From IMG/VR virus record IMGVR_UViG_3300044631_000812, positions 1,114 to 65,113 of that record: a stretch of DNA of 64,000 nt, one strand, 5' to 3'. Shown here piece after piece: positions 46,967 through 57,743 of this stretch. How positions within the stretch are numbered: position 1 is the first letter of the stretch; each line of letters begins with the position of its first letter. The notes under the pieces are model-generated. The model worked only from the letters and a program-made list of their open reading frames with translations, was not told where the DNA came from and made no database searches. The position numbers were made by a program, and so were the translations under genes. Source of the DNA: a virus. Taxonomy: Duplodnaviria; Caudoviricetes.

Positions 46967-48858
46967 TAGATGTAAATGGCAATATGTTTGGTTACGACCA
47001 CCTAGAGATTATAGGTGCGGATGGTAGGCCAAAAACATTAGACAGCGGACTGACATCAGTCGGCCTTTCAATGCCATCTGCGTTCTCTGTATCCAACAGT
47101 CCTTTAACATCAAATGGTACTATAGGCGTTACGGGCGCAGGCACATCATCTGAATATATTGACGGCACTGGCGCATTAAGAACTTTTCCGTCATTAACAG
47201 GCTATGTCACAGCAGTCACCGCATCATCTCCGTTAAGCTCATCAGGTGGAACTACACCTAACATATCAATACTTAGAGCCAACACAACAACTGATGGCTA
47301 CTTAAGTGCTATTGACTGGAATACTTTCAATAACAAACAACCGGCAGGCAACTATATTACTACAAGTAGAACGCTTACCATTAATGGCACTACATATGAT
47401 TTAAGTGCCAATCGTTCATGGTCGGTAGGTACCGTAACGAGCGTTGCGATGACTGTACCTACAGGGTTGACAGTTGCAGGTTCTCCAATAACAGGATCAG
47501 GTACATTTGCGTTAGGTCTTCAATCAGGTTATTCAATACCAACAACAGCCAATCAATCAAATTGGACAACAGCATATAACCGATCTTTAACTGCATTTAG
47601 TATTAATTATGGTACATTTAGCACTAACCTTATATTAACAGAACAAGACTTAAGCACACTAAGTTTAAGCTTAATTGCAGGCGCTGCAGCGCAGGGGAAA
47701 ATTGTATTCTTCAACGGAAGTAATTTGGCATATACCTCATTGAATGCTTCAGCACCTTTGAGTCTTGATCCTAATAACTTTACGTTTTCAATCAGTCAGG
47801 CAAATACATCTACAAACGGGTTCTTAAGTTCAACTGATTGGAATACATTCAACAACAAGCAGAACGCAATTACACTCACCACTACAGGATCAAGTGGAGC
47901 GGCTACGCTTATTGGCAGTACTTTAAATATACCAAACTACTCATCGGCATTAAGCGGATATGTTCCGACAAGCCGTCAGTTAACAATAAACGGCACGTCA
48001 TACGACCTATCTACTGACAGATCTTGGAGTGTTGGTACAGTTACAAGTGTTGCTACTACAGGTCCAATTACAGGCGGTACTATTACTGGTAGTGGGACGA
48101 TAGGCATCACACAAGCTACTACGTCTACAGATGGCTATCTAAGTTCAACAGACTGGAATACATTTAATGACAAGCAGGAAGAGATTACATTAACAACTAC
48201 AGGCACGAGCGGCCCTGCTACATTTACGTCAGATTCGTTAAACATACCTGACTACTCATCTGCACCAAGAGGTAACTTTGCGCAGACAGCAAAGAGTGTT
48301 CCTGTAACAAATACCACTGAGGCACAGTCGTTAATATATGTAAACTTTGAGAGAAGAGTTGACAACGATGGAGGTGTCACTGAGTCTTTAGACTGCATGG
48401 AGTCTGAGTTGAGGAATTATGGCAGCGTTGGATCATTATCTGTACCTGCCAATTCATTTAGAGTTGGTGATTCTTTTCATGTCAACTTAAGTGGATATAT
48501 TAGCTCTCAAAACAACCAAGATATCGAAATAAGAGTCATGGCAAATGGAGGAGCGACTGTGTTAGCTTTAGCATCAACCACACTGGCTACAGCAACAAAT
48601 AAGTTTTTTGATTTAGTGATTACATTTACAATCAGAGCAATAGGCTCTGCCGGTGTTGCAAAGATTGCAACTTCCGGGCAGTTTACCTACTCAAAGGACG
48701 CATCAAATGCGTTTGAGGGAACTGATTTTATATACATCAACGAGGATACATTTGACACAACAATTTACAACACTTTAGATATAACAGCTCAGTGGGAAAA
48801 TGCAAGCACGTCAAATAGCATACACAGTGAGATTTTTACACTTCAAAAAATATATTAA
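46957..48858 (+). CDS. Tail fibre protein
   Basis: Repeats G.LS..DWNTFN.KQ (x3) and LTINGT.YDLS..RSWSVGTVTSV (x2). Confidence 0.75.
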   Translation: MQVVDVNGNMFGYDHLEIIGADGRPKTLDSGLTSVGLSMPSAFSVSNSPLTSNGTIGVTGAGTSSEYIDGTGALRTFPSLTGYVTAVTASSPLSSSGGTTPNISILRANTTTDGYLSAIDWNTFNNKQPAGNYITTSRTLTINGTTYDLSANRSWSVGTVTSVAMTVPTGLTVAGSPITGSGTFALGLQSGYSIPTTANQSNWTTAYNRSLTAFSINYGTFSTNLILTEQDLSTLSLSLIAGAAAQGKIVFFNGSNLAYTSLNASAPLSLDPNNFTFSISQANTSTNGFLSSTDWNTFNNKQNAITLTTTGSSGAATLIGSTLNIPNYSSALSGYVPTSRQLTINGTSYDLSTDRSWSVGTVTSVATTGPITGGTITGSGTIGITQATTSTDGYLSSTDWNTFNDKQEEITLTTTGTSGPATFTSDSLNIPDYSSAPRGNFAQTAKSVPVTNTTEAQSLIYVNFERRVDNDGGVTESLDCMESELRNYGSVGSLSVPANSFRVGDSFHVNLSGYISSQNNQDIEIRVMANGGATVLALASTTLATATNKFFDLVITFTIRAIGSAGVAKIATSGQFTYSKDASNAFEGTDFIYINEDTFDTTIYNTLDITAQWENASTSNSIHSEIFTLQKIY

Positions 48859-48860
48859 CC

Positions 48861-48995
48861 ATGACAAAAGAACAAGCTTACCAAGTATTAGTAGATGCAG
48901 TAAACTTAGCAACTACAAAAGGAGCATTTAACCTGCAAGATGTGTCTGCAATCATCACAGCACTTCAAGCATTAAAGCCTGAAGAAGATGTATAA
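48861..48995 (+). CDS. Small helical protein (possible fibre chaperone)
   Basis: 44-aa ORF MTKEQAYQVLVDAVNLATTKGAFNLQDV... filling the gap. Confidence 0.55.
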   Translation: MTKEQAYQVLVDAVNLATTKGAFNLQDVSAIITALQALKPEEDV

Positions 48996-49419
48996 GTTAC
49001 TATTACCCCTACTCATAGTTATAACGGCTTGTTCACCGACTAAAAGGTTTACACGCCTTATTACTAAGTACCCGTATTTAATTACTACAGACACTGTAGT
49101 AATAAAAGACACCATCACCCTCTACGTCCCTGAAGTGAAAACTGATACAGTTGTTACTATCCAGCAACTTATCGATACAGTAACTCTGACTAAAGACAGA
49201 GTCACTGTTAAGACATGGTACGTCCCAAAAGAAAAGAAGGTTTATATCCAAGGCAAGTGCGATCCTATATACGTCACAAAGATTGTAGAGCGCAAGGTGC
49301 CTGTCAAGTATTATGAAAAGTACCCATGGTGGAAGAAGCTATTAAACAACCTATTAGCTATTTTTATTATCTTTGCTTTACTCTATGCATTGCATAGAGC
49401 AATCAAAAAACTACCATGA
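48988..49419 (+). CDS. Lipoprotein with C-terminal TM helix, putative unimolecular spanin
   Basis: Lipobox ITAC, DT-rich beta region, C-terminal hydrophobic helix; adjacent to holin and endolysin. Confidence 0.65.
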   Translation: MYKLLLPLLIVITACSPTKRFTRLITKYPYLITTDTVVIKDTITLYVPEVKTDTVVTIQQLIDTVTLTKDRVTVKTWYVPKEKKVYIQGKCDPIYVTKIVERKVPVKYYEKYPWWKKLLNNLLAIFIIFALLYALHRAIKKLP

Positions 49420-49859
49420 AAACTAACGCACTAATTATTTTGTCTGGAATCATTACCATCCTCGCACCGGTGGGACCGTTGCTAACCATAGCTTTAATTT
49501 CCATTCTATTAGACGTTGGTTTTGGAGTATGGCGCTCATACAAGAAACGTGCAGATCAAGAGGCAAAATTTTGGGATGTAGTCCAAAGCCAGCGTTTATA
49601 CGCTACAGCAGTTAAGTCTGCTATTTACGCAGCAGCAATCACATTCTTCTTTTTAGTAGAGAAGTACATTGCAGGTGATATCATCGCACATTTTATATCA
49701 ATAGAGTTATTACTGACTAAAGCAGTGGCTCTATTTTTTGTTTTTATTGAAGTCAAGAGCATGAATGAGAGCTACAAAGATGTCACAGGTAAAGACATAC
49801 TAGTGTCATTTAAGAAGTTCATCACAGGTCTTAAATCAGAAAGCGATAAGTGGAAGTAA
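49416..49859 (+). CDS. Holin
   Basis: Multiple TM helices; LLD...G.W and IE.KS.NE holin pattern. Confidence 0.75.
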   Translation: MKTNALIILSGIITILAPVGPLLTIALISILLDVGFGVWRSYKKRADQEAKFWDVVQSQRLYATAVKSAIYAAAITFFFLVEKYIAGDIIAHFISIELLLTKAVALFFVFIEVKSMNESYKDVTGKDILVSFKKFITGLKSESDKWK

Positions 49860-49860
49860 T

Positions 49861-50325
49861 ATGTTGAGTACAACACAAATTATAGCAAAATACGGCCAAC
49901 CAAACGAAAAAGGAACGTATCTAAAAACCATCAACCTACCCTACCCGATGCGCATTGCTTGGGATTTAAAGACAAAGGTTACAAAGATGCGTTGCCACAA
50001 GGACGTAGCAGATAACTTTTTAGCTGTTTTTAATGAACTTTTAGAGGTTTACGGCTATGAACGCATTGTTGAGCTTGGTATAGATCTCTATGGCGGTTGT
50101 TTCAACTTTCGTAAAATGAGAGGTGGGGCGTCATGGTCTACTCACGCTTGGGGTATTGCTATTGATTTGGATCCGGCTAGAAACAAATTAAAGGAAACAA
50201 GCAGAACAGCCCGCTTTGCAAGACCTGAATATAAAGATATGATTGATATATTTTACAAGCATGGTTTTGTTTCGCTTGGACGTGAAAAAAATTATGACTG
50301 GATGCACTTTCAAATAAATCACTAA
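49861..50325 (+). CDS. Endolysin, M15 family peptidase
   Basis: [17 protein letters not shown] and DWMHFQ. Confidence 0.9.
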   Translation: MLSTTQIIAKYGQPNEKGTYLKTINLPYPMRIAWDLKTKVTKMRCHKDVADNFLAVFNELLEVYGYERIVELGIDLYGGCFNFRKMRGGASWSTHAWGIAIDLDPARNKLKETSRTARFARPEYKDMIDIFYKHGFVSLGREKNYDWMHFQINH

Positions 50326-50334
50326 CTTTGTTAT

Positions 50335-50460
50335 ATGAAGAAGGTTGAGTCTAAATCAATTGTAAAGATTAAGGTCAAGCGACCAGGCGTTCATGCAAAG
50401 AGTAAAACGTCTAAGCTAAAGTCTTCTAAGAACTACAAAAAGAAAAACAGAGGTCAATGA
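50335..50460 (+). CDS. Small basic protein (leaderless)
   Basis: MKKVESK..KRPGVHAKSK.SKLKSSKNYKKKNRGQ; TAACTTTG at 50323-50330. Confidence 0.65.
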   Translation: MKKVESKSIVKIKVKRPGVHAKSKTSKLKSSKNYKKKNRGQ

Positions 50461-50858
50461 AAGTACAAGATTATATTACAGCCACACCAAGCACAACATC
50501 AAAAGTCTTTGGTACTAATGCTGCTGGAAACACAGTTAACTTCGACGTAACTGCCTTATTGGCTTTAAATCAGACCCCTACAGTTGTCACAACAAATGTG
50601 CTAACTGCAGCAACCCTAACAAACGTAAACACATACTTCACAGGAACACCAGGTGCATCTTTTGCAGTTACTCTTCCAGCATCAAACTCAAATCTTGATG
50701 GTGTTAAGTATGTAGTTATGTCAATAGCAACTAGAGCTACAACAACATGGTCATCATCTGGTGCTGCTATTGTTGGCGCTCCTGCTACATTAACATCAAA
50801 CACACCGGTATGTCTTCAGTATAGTCATGCCAATACAACCTGGTATATTTCAATCTAA
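50457..50858 (+). CDS. Putative structural protein
   Basis: Thr/Ala-rich beta protein, VTLP..DG..., C-terminal TWY. Confidence 0.6.
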   Translation: MKVQDYITATPSTTSKVFGTNAAGNTVNFDVTALLALNQTPTVVTTNVLTAATLTNVNTYFTGTPGASFAVTLPASNSNLDGVKYVVMSIATRATTTWSSSGAAIVGAPATLTSNTPVCLQYSHANTTWYISI

Positions 50859-50862
50859 TCAT

Positions 50863-51099
50863 ATGTCAAAAATCAAAAAAGAAGAGCTCGAAGCGTTGGT
50901 TAACGCTAATCGAGTTTACAGAGATCTAAAATTTAATCTAGCAGACATCGAGATGAGCGTTCGTCGTTTAGGCGAGCAGAAAGAGCTCACAATGCAGCAA
51001 CTTGAAATTGCAGCAGCAACGCTCACTCAAGAGCAGCAATCCATCTTTGATAAGTATGGCGATGTCAGTGTAAATCTACAAACAGGTGAGTATAATTAG
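50863..51099 (+). CDS. Coiled-coil hypothetical protein
   Basis: MSKIKKEEL...KYG.VSVNLQTGEY. Confidence 0.65.
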   Translation: MSKIKKEELEALVNANRVYRDLKFNLADIEMSVRRLGEQKELTMQQLEIAAATLTQEQQSIFDKYGDVSVNLQTGEYN

Positions 51100-51307
51100 A
51101 AAAATTTCCATTGGTCCTGATTACATGAAGTCCATGCACTACATGGTTGGTCAGACTGTCCTAGATAGAACTTGGGAGATCAACACCATCCGTAAAGAGG
51201 ATGATGGGTCTATCTGCGTTTGGATTATAAAGGACGGTGAGATTATTAAATGGAAGTCTTTCTCAGCAACAGTTCCTGTAGCTATAGAGTACAAAATAGA
51301 TTACTAA
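51086..51307 (+). CDS. Conserved hypothetical protein
   Basis: IRKISIGPDY..SMHY.VGQ..WK.F...PV.IEY. Confidence 0.7.
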   Translation: MSIIRKISIGPDYMKSMHYMVGQTVLDRTWEINTIRKEDDGSICVWIIKDGEIIKWKSFSATVPVAIEYKIDY

Positions 51308-51870
51308 TGAAATCACCATACTGCTTCATCATTAAACCAGTTGGTCTGAGGCGGTACGATAACATAAGGAAGTTCGGTGATACCGACTTTTATATCAGCT
51401 CCTCCCAAGAAGACCACAAAACATCTAACCGCTTTGCTGAAGTGATTAGTGTCCCTATTTACTATAACGGCCCGGTTCAACCTGGAGATACCGTTGTAGT
51501 TCACCACAATGTGTTCAAGTACTACAACGACATGAAAGGTCGTCAGAAAAGTAGTTGGAACTATATCATGGACGATCTGTTTTTAGCTGAGTTAGATCAG
51601 GTGTATCTTTATAAAAGAGATATCAATTGGCAGGCCGTTGATCCGTTTATATTTATCAGGCCAATACCTACTGAGGATAAGTTAATTAGCTCTACCGGTG
51701 CGCATGAGTCGCTATGGGGTGAGGTTGTGTATAAGACGAACACTATCTCTAACGTAAACGTTGGAGACACAGTCTCATTCACACCAGACAGCGAGTATGA
51801 GTTTATAATAGATGGCGAGACCATCTACAGAATGTACAACAAGAACATATGTCTAAAAAGGGAGAAATAG
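51307..51870 (+). CDS. Tandem GroES-like domain protein
   Basis: Two GroES-like units (AEV..VP...VQPGDTVVVHH; GEV.Y....VGDTV.F..EYEF.IDGE..YRM). Confidence 0.55.
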   Translation: MKSPYCFIIKPVGLRRYDNIRKFGDTDFYISSSQEDHKTSNRFAEVISVPIYYNGPVQPGDTVVVHHNVFKYYNDMKGRQKSSWNYIMDDLFLAELDQVYLYKRDINWQAVDPFIFIRPIPTEDKLISSTGAHESLWGEVVYKTNTISNVNVGDTVSFTPDSEYEFIIDGETIYRMYNKNICLKREK

Positions 51871-52124
51871 TAGAGGCGGCTAAGCAAGCAATCGATGAGT
51901 TGATCAAGGTGCTAAAGTCACCTATCATCACTCACGCTGAGGACGATATATCGGCCGACAAGATGAAGAACGCAGCGTCAGCTAAGCGTTTGGCATTTGA
52001 GGATGCAATGTATATGCTCAATAAGATTGAGGAGGAGGAAAACAAGGCAGCAGAGGGTCCAATTGTAGAGGTTACACTCGGCAAATCAGGATTCGCTGAA
52101 GGAAGAGCAAGACATGGAAAATAA
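51849..52124 (+). CDS. Putative terminase small subunit
   Basis: Helical 91-aa protein directly upstream of TerL. Confidence 0.45.
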   Translation: MSKKGEIVEAAKQAIDELIKVLKSPIITHAEDDISADKMKNAASAKRLAFEDAMYMLNKIEEEENKAAEGPIVEVTLGKSGFAEGRARHGK

Positions 52125-55100
52125 GCTGTACTCCATAGTAAACGACTACATTAATAAGACTGCTCTTAATACTAAGAACAATAAGAAGTCGTGGGATTAT
52201 GGGTACAACAAAGAGTACGACCTCATCGTCATATCTAAGGATGGAACCATTGGCGAGATCTATGAGATAAATGGATTGAAGGTTGCTTTGCCTTCTACTC
52301 CTAAAGGAGTAGAGAACAGAGGTAACAGATGGCAGCCAGTAGAGTATCCATCTGAACTACAGAAAATTAAGTCAATATTTGACTGGAACCGAAGAGATAA
52401 CGCGTTCAAGTCTAAGTATGTGGATATGATTGAAGATGAATTTGAGAGACGAGAGCAAGGCTTTTGGTTCATTAACAATGGAACACCGACATACATCACC
52501 GGAACGCACTACATGTATCTTCAGTGGACCAAGATTGATATTGGTCTTCCTGACTTCCGTGAGTCCAACCGAATATTCTACATATTTTGGGAGGCGTGTA
52601 AAGCAGACAGTCGGGCGTTTGGTATGTGCTACCTAAAGAACCGTCGTTCAGGATTCTCATTCATGTCGTCTGCAGAGACTTCAAACACAGGTACAATTGT
52701 CAGAGATGCCAGGCTTGGTATTCTATCCAAAACAGGATCTGATGCCAAGAAGATGTTTACCGACAAGGTTGTACCTATCGTAAGAAATTACCCATTCTTT
52801 TTCAAGCCGATCCAGGACGGTATGGACAACCCGAAGACGGAGTTGGCCTTCCGTGTCCCTGCGAGTAAGATTACTCGTAAGAATATGGATGAGGAGCGCG
52901 ATGATGATATAGATGGGTTAGATACTACCATTGACTGGAAAAACACAGCAGACAACAGCTATGACGGTGAGAAACTACTTCTGCTTGTACATGATGAGTG
53001 CTACGCACCAAACACAAAAATATTAATGTCTGATTTCACCTTTAAAGAGATAAAGGATATAAATATTGGAGATAATGTAATAGTAGATGGTGGAATTATA
53101 AAAACAGTTGTAAAAAGAACGCAAGGAGTAACAGATAGATATTTAGTCAAACAGCCATATGGAGAGGATTATGTTGTAACAAAAAACCATAGACTTGTGC
53201 TTAACGAGTATAAAAAAGGTGAGGTTATAATGAATCCAGAAGAGTATATTAATAGCTCTAAATTTAGAAAGCAACATCTAACTAGAATTGCATCTACTGG
53301 TATTGAATCACAAGATATATTTGAAGGTATTCCTCCATTTCTATTAGGGCTTTGGCTTGGTGATGGAAGGAGTAATTCTATGACTATTTTAGTAAATAAA
53401 TATGAAGAGCCTGAACTTCTTGATTATTTAGGAAAGCTTTCTACCGTAATGAATATTCAATTTGAACTAATAAAAAGTACTTCTAATAAAATCATTGAAT
53501 TTAGGTTTAAAGGCATTAATTCTGAATTAAAAAAAATAGGTGTTTATAAAAATAAGCACATACCAATGCAATACATGCAGTCGTCTATAGAGACTAGACT
53601 TCAGTTATTAGCAGGTATAATAGAAACAGATGGATATTCTGACAAGAATAAAAACATCATATCATTAGGCATGAGCAGGAAAGACCTTATAGAACAAATA
53701 AGGTTCTTAGCTCTATCATGCGGACTTAGTTGTAGCAATGTTAAAGAAAAGGATACAAATTTCAATACAAAATCATACAACATAAGCATATCAGGCGATT
53801 TATCAATTATACCTTTAATCACAAAAAAGAAATCATTTGAAGGTTATGTACCTAAAACTAGAGGCAGACGAAATAAAGTGTCTGTAGAGTATTTAGATAA
53901 AGGTGAGTATATCGGCATACAGGTAGATGCAGATAATGACAATGAAAGAAAATTAATACTAGGAGACTTTACCGTCAGTATGAATAGCGGTAAGTGGGAA
54001 AAGCCAGAGAACATCTTAAATAACTGGCGAGTCACTAAGACTTGTTTGCGTCTTGGTAGCCGTATCATTGGTAAGTGTATGATGGGATCAACATCAAACG
54101 CGCTTAGTAAAGGTGGTGAGAACTTTAAGAAGTTGTTCTACGATAGTGATCCAACCAAGCGATCTGCCAATGGTCAGACCAAGTCGGGGCTTTACTCTTT
54201 GTTTATTCCAATGGAATGGAACATGGAGGGCTTTATTGACGAGTATGGATGGCCAGTATTTGATGATCCAAAGAAACCTGTGATGGGTATCGATGGTGAG
54301 CAGATTACTATGGGTGTTATCACCTATTGGAATAATGAGGTAGCTGCAATGAAGTCAGACTCAGACGCACTCAACGAATACTACCGTCAGTTCCCTAGAA
54401 CAGAATCGCATGCATTTAGAGATGAGAGTAAGTCATCTTTATTTAACTTAACGAAGATATACCAACAGATTGACTACAACGATGCGATGATTAAAGATCG
54501 CGTCCTAACAACTGGTTACTTTCATTGGAAGAACGGCGAGAAAGATAGCGAGGTTATTTGGACTCCTGATCCAAAGGGGCGTTTTGTGGTATCATGGATT
54601 CCTGACGCTAAGATGCGTAATAACGTAATTAAGAAGGACGGCAAATTTCACCCTGGTAATAAAGATATCGGTGTGTTTGGTTGTGACCCTTATGACATAT
54701 CAGGTGTAGTTGGGGGTGGTGGGTCTGCAGGTGCACTCCACGGCATAACCAACTTTCACATGGAGAACGCGCCAACCAATCACTTCTTTTTGGAATATAT
54801 TGCTCGTCCTCAGACTGCTGAGATATTCTTTGAGGATGTATTGATGGCCTGTTTTTTCTATGGAATGCCTATACTTGTAGAGAATAACAAGCAGCGACTA
54901 TTGTATCACTTTAAGAACAGAGGGTACCGTCCATTCTCAATGAACAGACCTGACAAGCATACGTCTAAACTATCAAAGACAGAGCTTGAGTTAGGTGGTA
55001 TACCAAACTCTAGTGAGGACATAAAGCACGCTCATGCCAATAGCATCAACACTTATATTGAAGAGTACGTCGGAATCGACGCAGAAGGTAATTATCGAGA

Positions 55101-55320
55101 GAAAGATAGTATGGGTGATATGTATTTTACCAGAACGTTAAATGACTGGGCAAGATTTGACATCAACAATCGAACAAAACACGATGCCTCTATTAGCTCA
55201 GGATTGGCATTAATGGCATCTAGAAGACACCTATTTATACCTGTTAAGCAGGAATCTAAAATAAGTGTTAAATTTGTAAGATATAAGAATACTGGCATAA
55301 GAAGCGAAATTATCGAATAA
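52114..55320 (+). CDS. terL: Terminase large subunit with intein
   Basis: KNRRSGFS Walker A, LLVHDE Walker B, GCDPYD nuclease motif, HDASIS. Confidence 0.9.
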   Translation: MENKLYSIVNDYINKTALNTKNNKKSWDYGYNKEYDLIVISKDGTIGEIYEINGLKVALPSTPKGVENRGNRWQPVEYPSELQKIKSIFDWNRRDNAFKSKYVDMIEDEFERREQGFWFINNGTPTYITGTHYMYLQWTKIDIGLPDFRESNRIFYIFWEACKADSRAFGMCYLKNRRSGFSFMSSAETSNTGTIVRDARLGILSKTGSDAKKMFTDKVVPIVRNYPFFFKPIQDGMDNPKTELAFRVPASKITRKNMDEERDDDIDGLDTTIDWKNTADNSYDGEKLLLLVHDECYAPNTKILMSDFTFKEIKDINIGDNVIVDGGIIKTVVKRTQGVTDRYLVKQPYGEDYVVTKNHRLVLNEYKKGEVIMNPEEYINSSKFRKQHLTRIASTGIESQDIFEGIPPFLLGLWLGDGRSNSMTILVNKYEEPELLDYLGKLSTVMNIQFELIKSTSNKIIEFRFKGINSELKKIGVYKNKHIPMQYMQSSIETRLQLLAGIIETDGYSDKNKNIISLGMSRKDLIEQIRFLALSCGLSCSNVKEKDTNFNTKSYNISISGDLSIIPLITKKKSFEGYVPKTRGRRNKVSVEYLDKGEYIGIQVDADNDNERKLILGDFTVSMNSGKWEKPENILNNWRVTKTCLRLGSRIIGKCMMGSTSNALSKGGENFKKLFYDSDPTKRSANGQTKSGLYSLFIPMEWNMEGFIDEYGWPVFDDPKKPVMGIDGEQITMGVITYWNNEVAAMKSDSDALNEYYRQFPRTESHAFRDESKSSLFNLTKIYQQIDYNDAMIKDRVLTTGYFHWKNGEKDSEVIWTPDPKGRFVVSWIPDAKMRNNVIKKDGKFHPGNKDIGVFGCDPYDISGVVGGGGSAGALHGITNFHMENAPTNHFFLEYIARPQTAEIFFEDVLMACFFYGMPILVENNKQRLLYHFKNRGYRPFSMNRPDKHTSKLSKTELELGGIPNSSEDIKHAHANSINTYIEEYVGIDAEGNYREKDSMGDMYFTRTLNDWARFDINNRTKHDASISSGLALMASRRHLFIPVKQESKISVKFVRYKNTGIRSEIIE
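52999..53985 (+). mobile_element. Contiguous intein (329 aa) with LAGLIDADG endonuclease
   Basis: CYAPNT start, VTKNH block B, LLGLWLGDG and LLAGIIETDG motifs, ends SMN/S; AT-richer than flanks. Confidence 0.9.
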
Positions 55321-57743
55321 TGGATAAAACATCAGTTGTTATCTCCTCATTACCCTTTCCGGACCAAATGGCGCCAGATGAAATCAAGGCGACTTTTGAT
55401 TACGGATTAAAGGTAGGAAAAGCTATCGAAGGGGAGTGGTTTAAGAGGAAGTCTAATTCAAGCAGATTTTATCAGCAGTGGGGTGAATTCCACCGCTTGA
55501 GACTATATGCCCGTGGAGAACAGCCTGTACAGAAGTACAAGGATGAAATCGCTGTTAATGGCGACATATCAATGCTTAACTTAGATTGGACTCCGGTTCC
55601 AATCATTCCTAAATTTGTTGACGTGGTTGTCAACGGAATGTTAGACAGACCATACACCATTAAGGCAGAGGCTCAGGATGTTTTATCGGCTGAGAAAAAG
55701 AACGTGTTCCAGGACATGATCGAGGCTGACATGGTGGCTAAGGACTTCTTAATGATGACCAAGGAAACACTTGGTATCGACGCGTTCAACGTAAATCCAG
55801 ATGAGCTTCCTGCAAATGATCAGGAGCTTTCTCTGTATATGCAAATGAACTACAAGCCATCTATTGAGATCGCTGAAGAGATTGCCATCAACACACTTCT
55901 TAAGATGAATGACTATGAAGATGTGTTGAGAGATTATTACTACGACGTAGCCACGATAGGACTCGGTGTTGTAAAGCATGAGTTCCTTATTAATGATGGT
56001 GTTAAGGTTGAGTATGTAGATCCAGCTAACTGGATTCACAGCTATACTGAAAAGAGCGACTTCTCTGATTGTTTCTACTTCGGGGAGGTTAAGCAGGTTC
56101 ACTACACTGAGCTGCTTAAAATGAATCCAAACCTTACTGACGAAGAGTTGACTGAGATTAAGAACGCAGGTTCAGCTTGGTATGACTACTTCCCTGTGGT
56201 TCGTAACTATCAAGACGACGCATTCTTAAATGAGGTCGTGACGCTTTTATATTTTAACTATAAGACTCACAAGAAGTTTGTTTGGAAAAAGAAATTACTT
56301 GAGAACGGAGGAGAGCGAGTGATCCGTAAGGATGACAACTTTAACCCACCACCAAACGAAATGTTTGAGGTAGTTGAAGCCGTTCGTGACGTTTGGTATG
56401 AAGGTGTATTGGTCGGTGGATCAAACATCATCATTAAGTGGGAGATGATGAAGAATATGGTACGTCCTAAGTCTGCATCACAGAAAGCACTTCCAAACTA
56501 CATTGCTTACGCTCCACGTTACTATAAAGGAAATATTGAGTCACTTGTTCGTCGAATGATTCCATTTGCCGATCAGATCCAATTGACTCACTTGAAGCTA
56601 CAGCAAGTTATGGCTCGCGTAGTTCCTGATGGTGTGTTCATTGATGCTGATGGTATTAATGAAGTAGACCTTGGAACAGGTGCCGCATACAACCCTGAGG
56701 ATGCACTCAATCTATACTTCCAAACGGGTAGTGTGATTGGACGTAGCTACACACAAGACGGTGATTTCAACAACGCGCGTATTCCAATTCAAGAACTCAA
56801 CTCAAACAGTGGTCAAGCTAAGATGGCTGCCCTTATCGGCAACTACAACCACTACTTGAATATGATCCGCGACGTGACGGGTGTAAACGAGGTGCGTGAC
56901 GCATCAACACCACACCCGGATGCTTTGGTTGGTGTTCAGAAGCTTGCAGCGCTAAACTCAAACACAGCTACTCGCCACATCTTAGACGCTGGTCTTAATA
57001 CCACCAAGAGAGTTGCTGAGTGCTTATCTATCCGCGTTGCTGACATACTTGAATATGCTGACTTCGCTGAGGAGTTTGCTATGCAGATTGGCAAGTACAA
57101 CATGGCAATACTTGAGGACGTTAAGGATCTTTACCTACACGATTTTGGTATCTTCATTGAGATTGCACCAGACGAAGAGCAAAAAGCTCAGCTTGAGCAA
57201 AACATTCAAGTCGCTCTACAGCAGCAGACAATTGACCTAGAGGATGCAATTGACATCCGTATGATTAACAATATCAAGCTTGCCAACGAGATGCTTAAGA
57301 TGAAACGTCGTAAGCGTATGGAGCAAAAGCAGAAAGAGAAAGAGATGGAGTTCCAAATGCAAATGCAGACAAACATCCAATCCTCTCAAGCAGCTGCTGA
57401 GGCAAAAGCACAGGTCATCCAATTGGAAGGCCAAACGAAAGCTCAGATCAAGCAGATGGAAGTTCAAGGCGACATTCAGAAGATGCAGGCAGAAGCCGAA
57501 CTCAAGAAAGAGTTGATGGCTATTGAGTTCCAATACAACATGCAATTGAACGGAATGCAGATGCAGACATTGAAAGATCGTGAAGACCAAAAAGAAAAGG
57601 CGAAAGATAAGCGAGTAGACCTACAGGCCACTCGTCAGTCTGAGCTAATTAACCAACGACAGAATAACCTACCGCCTCAGAATTTTGAGAGCACAGAAGA
57701 TGATTTATCTGGATTTGATTTAGAATCATTTGGGCCTAAATAA
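55320..57743 (+). CDS. Portal protein
   Basis: 807 aa after TerL; LRLYARGEQ, NLDWTPVPIIPKFVD and coiled-coil C-terminus. Confidence 0.85.
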   Translation: MDKTSVVISSLPFPDQMAPDEIKATFDYGLKVGKAIEGEWFKRKSNSSRFYQQWGEFHRLRLYARGEQPVQKYKDEIAVNGDISMLNLDWTPVPIIPKFVDVVVNGMLDRPYTIKAEAQDVLSAEKKNVFQDMIEADMVAKDFLMMTKETLGIDAFNVNPDELPANDQELSLYMQMNYKPSIEIAEEIAINTLLKMNDYEDVLRDYYYDVATIGLGVVKHEFLINDGVKVEYVDPANWIHSYTEKSDFSDCFYFGEVKQVHYTELLKMNPNLTDEELTEIKNAGSAWYDYFPVVRNYQDDAFLNEVVTLLYFNYKTHKKFVWKKKLLENGGERVIRKDDNFNPPPNEMFEVVEAVRDVWYEGVLVGGSNIIIKWEMMKNMVRPKSASQKALPNYIAYAPRYYKGNIESLVRRMIPFADQIQLTHLKLQQVMARVVPDGVFIDADGINEVDLGTGAAYNPEDALNLYFQTGSVIGRSYTQDGDFNNARIPIQELNSNSGQAKMAALIGNYNHYLNMIRDVTGVNEVRDASTPHPDALVGVQKLAALNSNTATRHILDAGLNTTKRVAECLSIRVADILEYADFAEEFAMQIGKYNMAILEDVKDLYLHDFGIFIEIAPDEEQKAQLEQNIQVALQQQTIDLEDAIDIRMINNIKLANEMLKMKRRKRMEQKQKEKEMEFQMQMQTNIQSSQAAAEAKAQVIQLEGQTKAQIKQMEVQGDIQKMQAEAELKKELMAIEFQYNMQLNGMQMQTLKDREDQKEKAKDKRVDLQATRQSELINQRQNNLPPQNFESTEDDLSGFDLESFGPK

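Noticed and set aside
46957-48858. Diversity-generating retroelement or invertible fibre cassette
   Set aside because: Repeats are ordinary internal fibre repeats; no reverse transcriptase or invertase in the window.
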